Source: Eledone cirrhosa
Lineage: Eukaryota
Length of the DNA: 64,000 bases
NCBI GenBank assembly: GCA_964016885.1
Contig: OZ024740.1
Coordinates: 212,164,001-212,228,000, forward strand
Direction of reading: 5' to 3'
A program made the translations under genes and the position numbers. The notes beneath the pieces are model-generated. The model did not search any database, was not told where the DNA came from, and saw only the letters and a program-made list of their open reading frames with translations. Positions within the stretch are counted from its first letter, which is position 1, and the number at the start of each line of letters is the position of its first letter. Positions 63,250-64,000 of this stretch are shown here, one piece after another.

Positions 63250-64000
63250 TACCTAGCTAAAAGTAAGCCACTCTACCTGGCATTCGTCGATCTTGAGAAA
63301 GTCTTTGACACAGTTCCACGTGCTGTAATCTGGTGGGCTCTTAGAAAACTAGGAGTAGATGAATGGCTTGTGAAAGCGGTACAAGCCATGTATAGGGGAG
63401 CAGTCAGCAAAGTTAGGATTAGCAATGAGTATAGCGAGGAATTTAGCGTACAGGTTGGTGTCCACCAGGGCTCTGTTCTTAGCCCCCTCCTGTTCATCAT
63501 AGTCCTGCAGGTAATAACGGAGGAGTTTAAGACCGGATGCCCATGGGAACTCCTGTATGCTGATGACCTCGCACTTATAGCTGAATCTATGGTAGAACTA
63601 GAGAAGAAATTCCAAACTTGGAAGCAGGGACTGGAAAGAAAGGGTCTCAAAGTCAACCTGACAAAGACTAAGGTCCTTGTAAGTAGACGAGAAAACAGAA
63701 CCCAGATCCCCTCAGGGAAATGGCCTTGCTCAGTATGTGGGAAAGGTGTAGGTAGGAACTCTATTCTCTGCCCCAAATACAAACAATGGGTACACAAGAG
63801 ATGTAGCGGGATCTCAGGAAGCTTAATTAAGAATGTAGGCTTCACATGCAGCATCTGTGCTGGGACAGCAAGCAGCAAACAGCCACAGGAAACAAATACC
63901 ACCAAACTCTGGGAGAGCTCTGTAGAAACAGTAGACAGTTTATGCTACCTAGGTGACCGAATTAGCAGTGGAGGTGGGTGTTCAGAAAGTACAATAACTA
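63250..64000 (+). mobile_element. 5'-truncated RTE-like LINE, RT frame open to window end, with a Cys/His-rich insertion
   Basis: LAFVDLEKVFD, VGVHQGSVLSP, LLYADD, KVNLTKTK, CSVC...C...HKRC...CSIC, CYLGD. Absent from the ORF track because there is no stop before the window edge. Confidence 0.9.

Noticed and set aside
63273-63905. 210-aa minus-strand ORF
   Set aside because: Antisense shadow of the plus-strand RT.

Overview
Eukaryotic (metazoan) non-coding DNA that is very AT-rich. The repeat content suggests a cephalopod or other mollusc (inference only). Long, interrupted (TA)n microsatellite tracts are densely interleaved with retroelements. The window holds three in-phase GT-AG exons of a CCDC13-like host gene (38120-45511, +). 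It has two near-identical RTE-clade LINEs with three C-terminal C2H2 fingers: one is frameshifted and one has a twin-priming-type 5' inversion. There are many Penelope-like (PLE, GIY-YIG) pieces, usually in fold-back arrangements, plus CR1/RTE/Tx1 fragments, tRNA-SINEs, MITEs and a 12-bp minisatellite. The main signal missed by the ORF track is about 22 type I hammerhead ribozyme (HHR) motifs, read by eye on both strands. They include three families with 80-105 nt structured insertions in stem II, a 422-nt tandem retrozyme-like element, and an insertion ending at the predicted cleavage site. A circularly permuted 258-nt unit carries a tRNA cloverleaf but no recognisable ribozyme. Almost all Y/I/C/V-rich ORFs are microsatellite artefacts. 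All RNA structure calls are manual and have not been computed.
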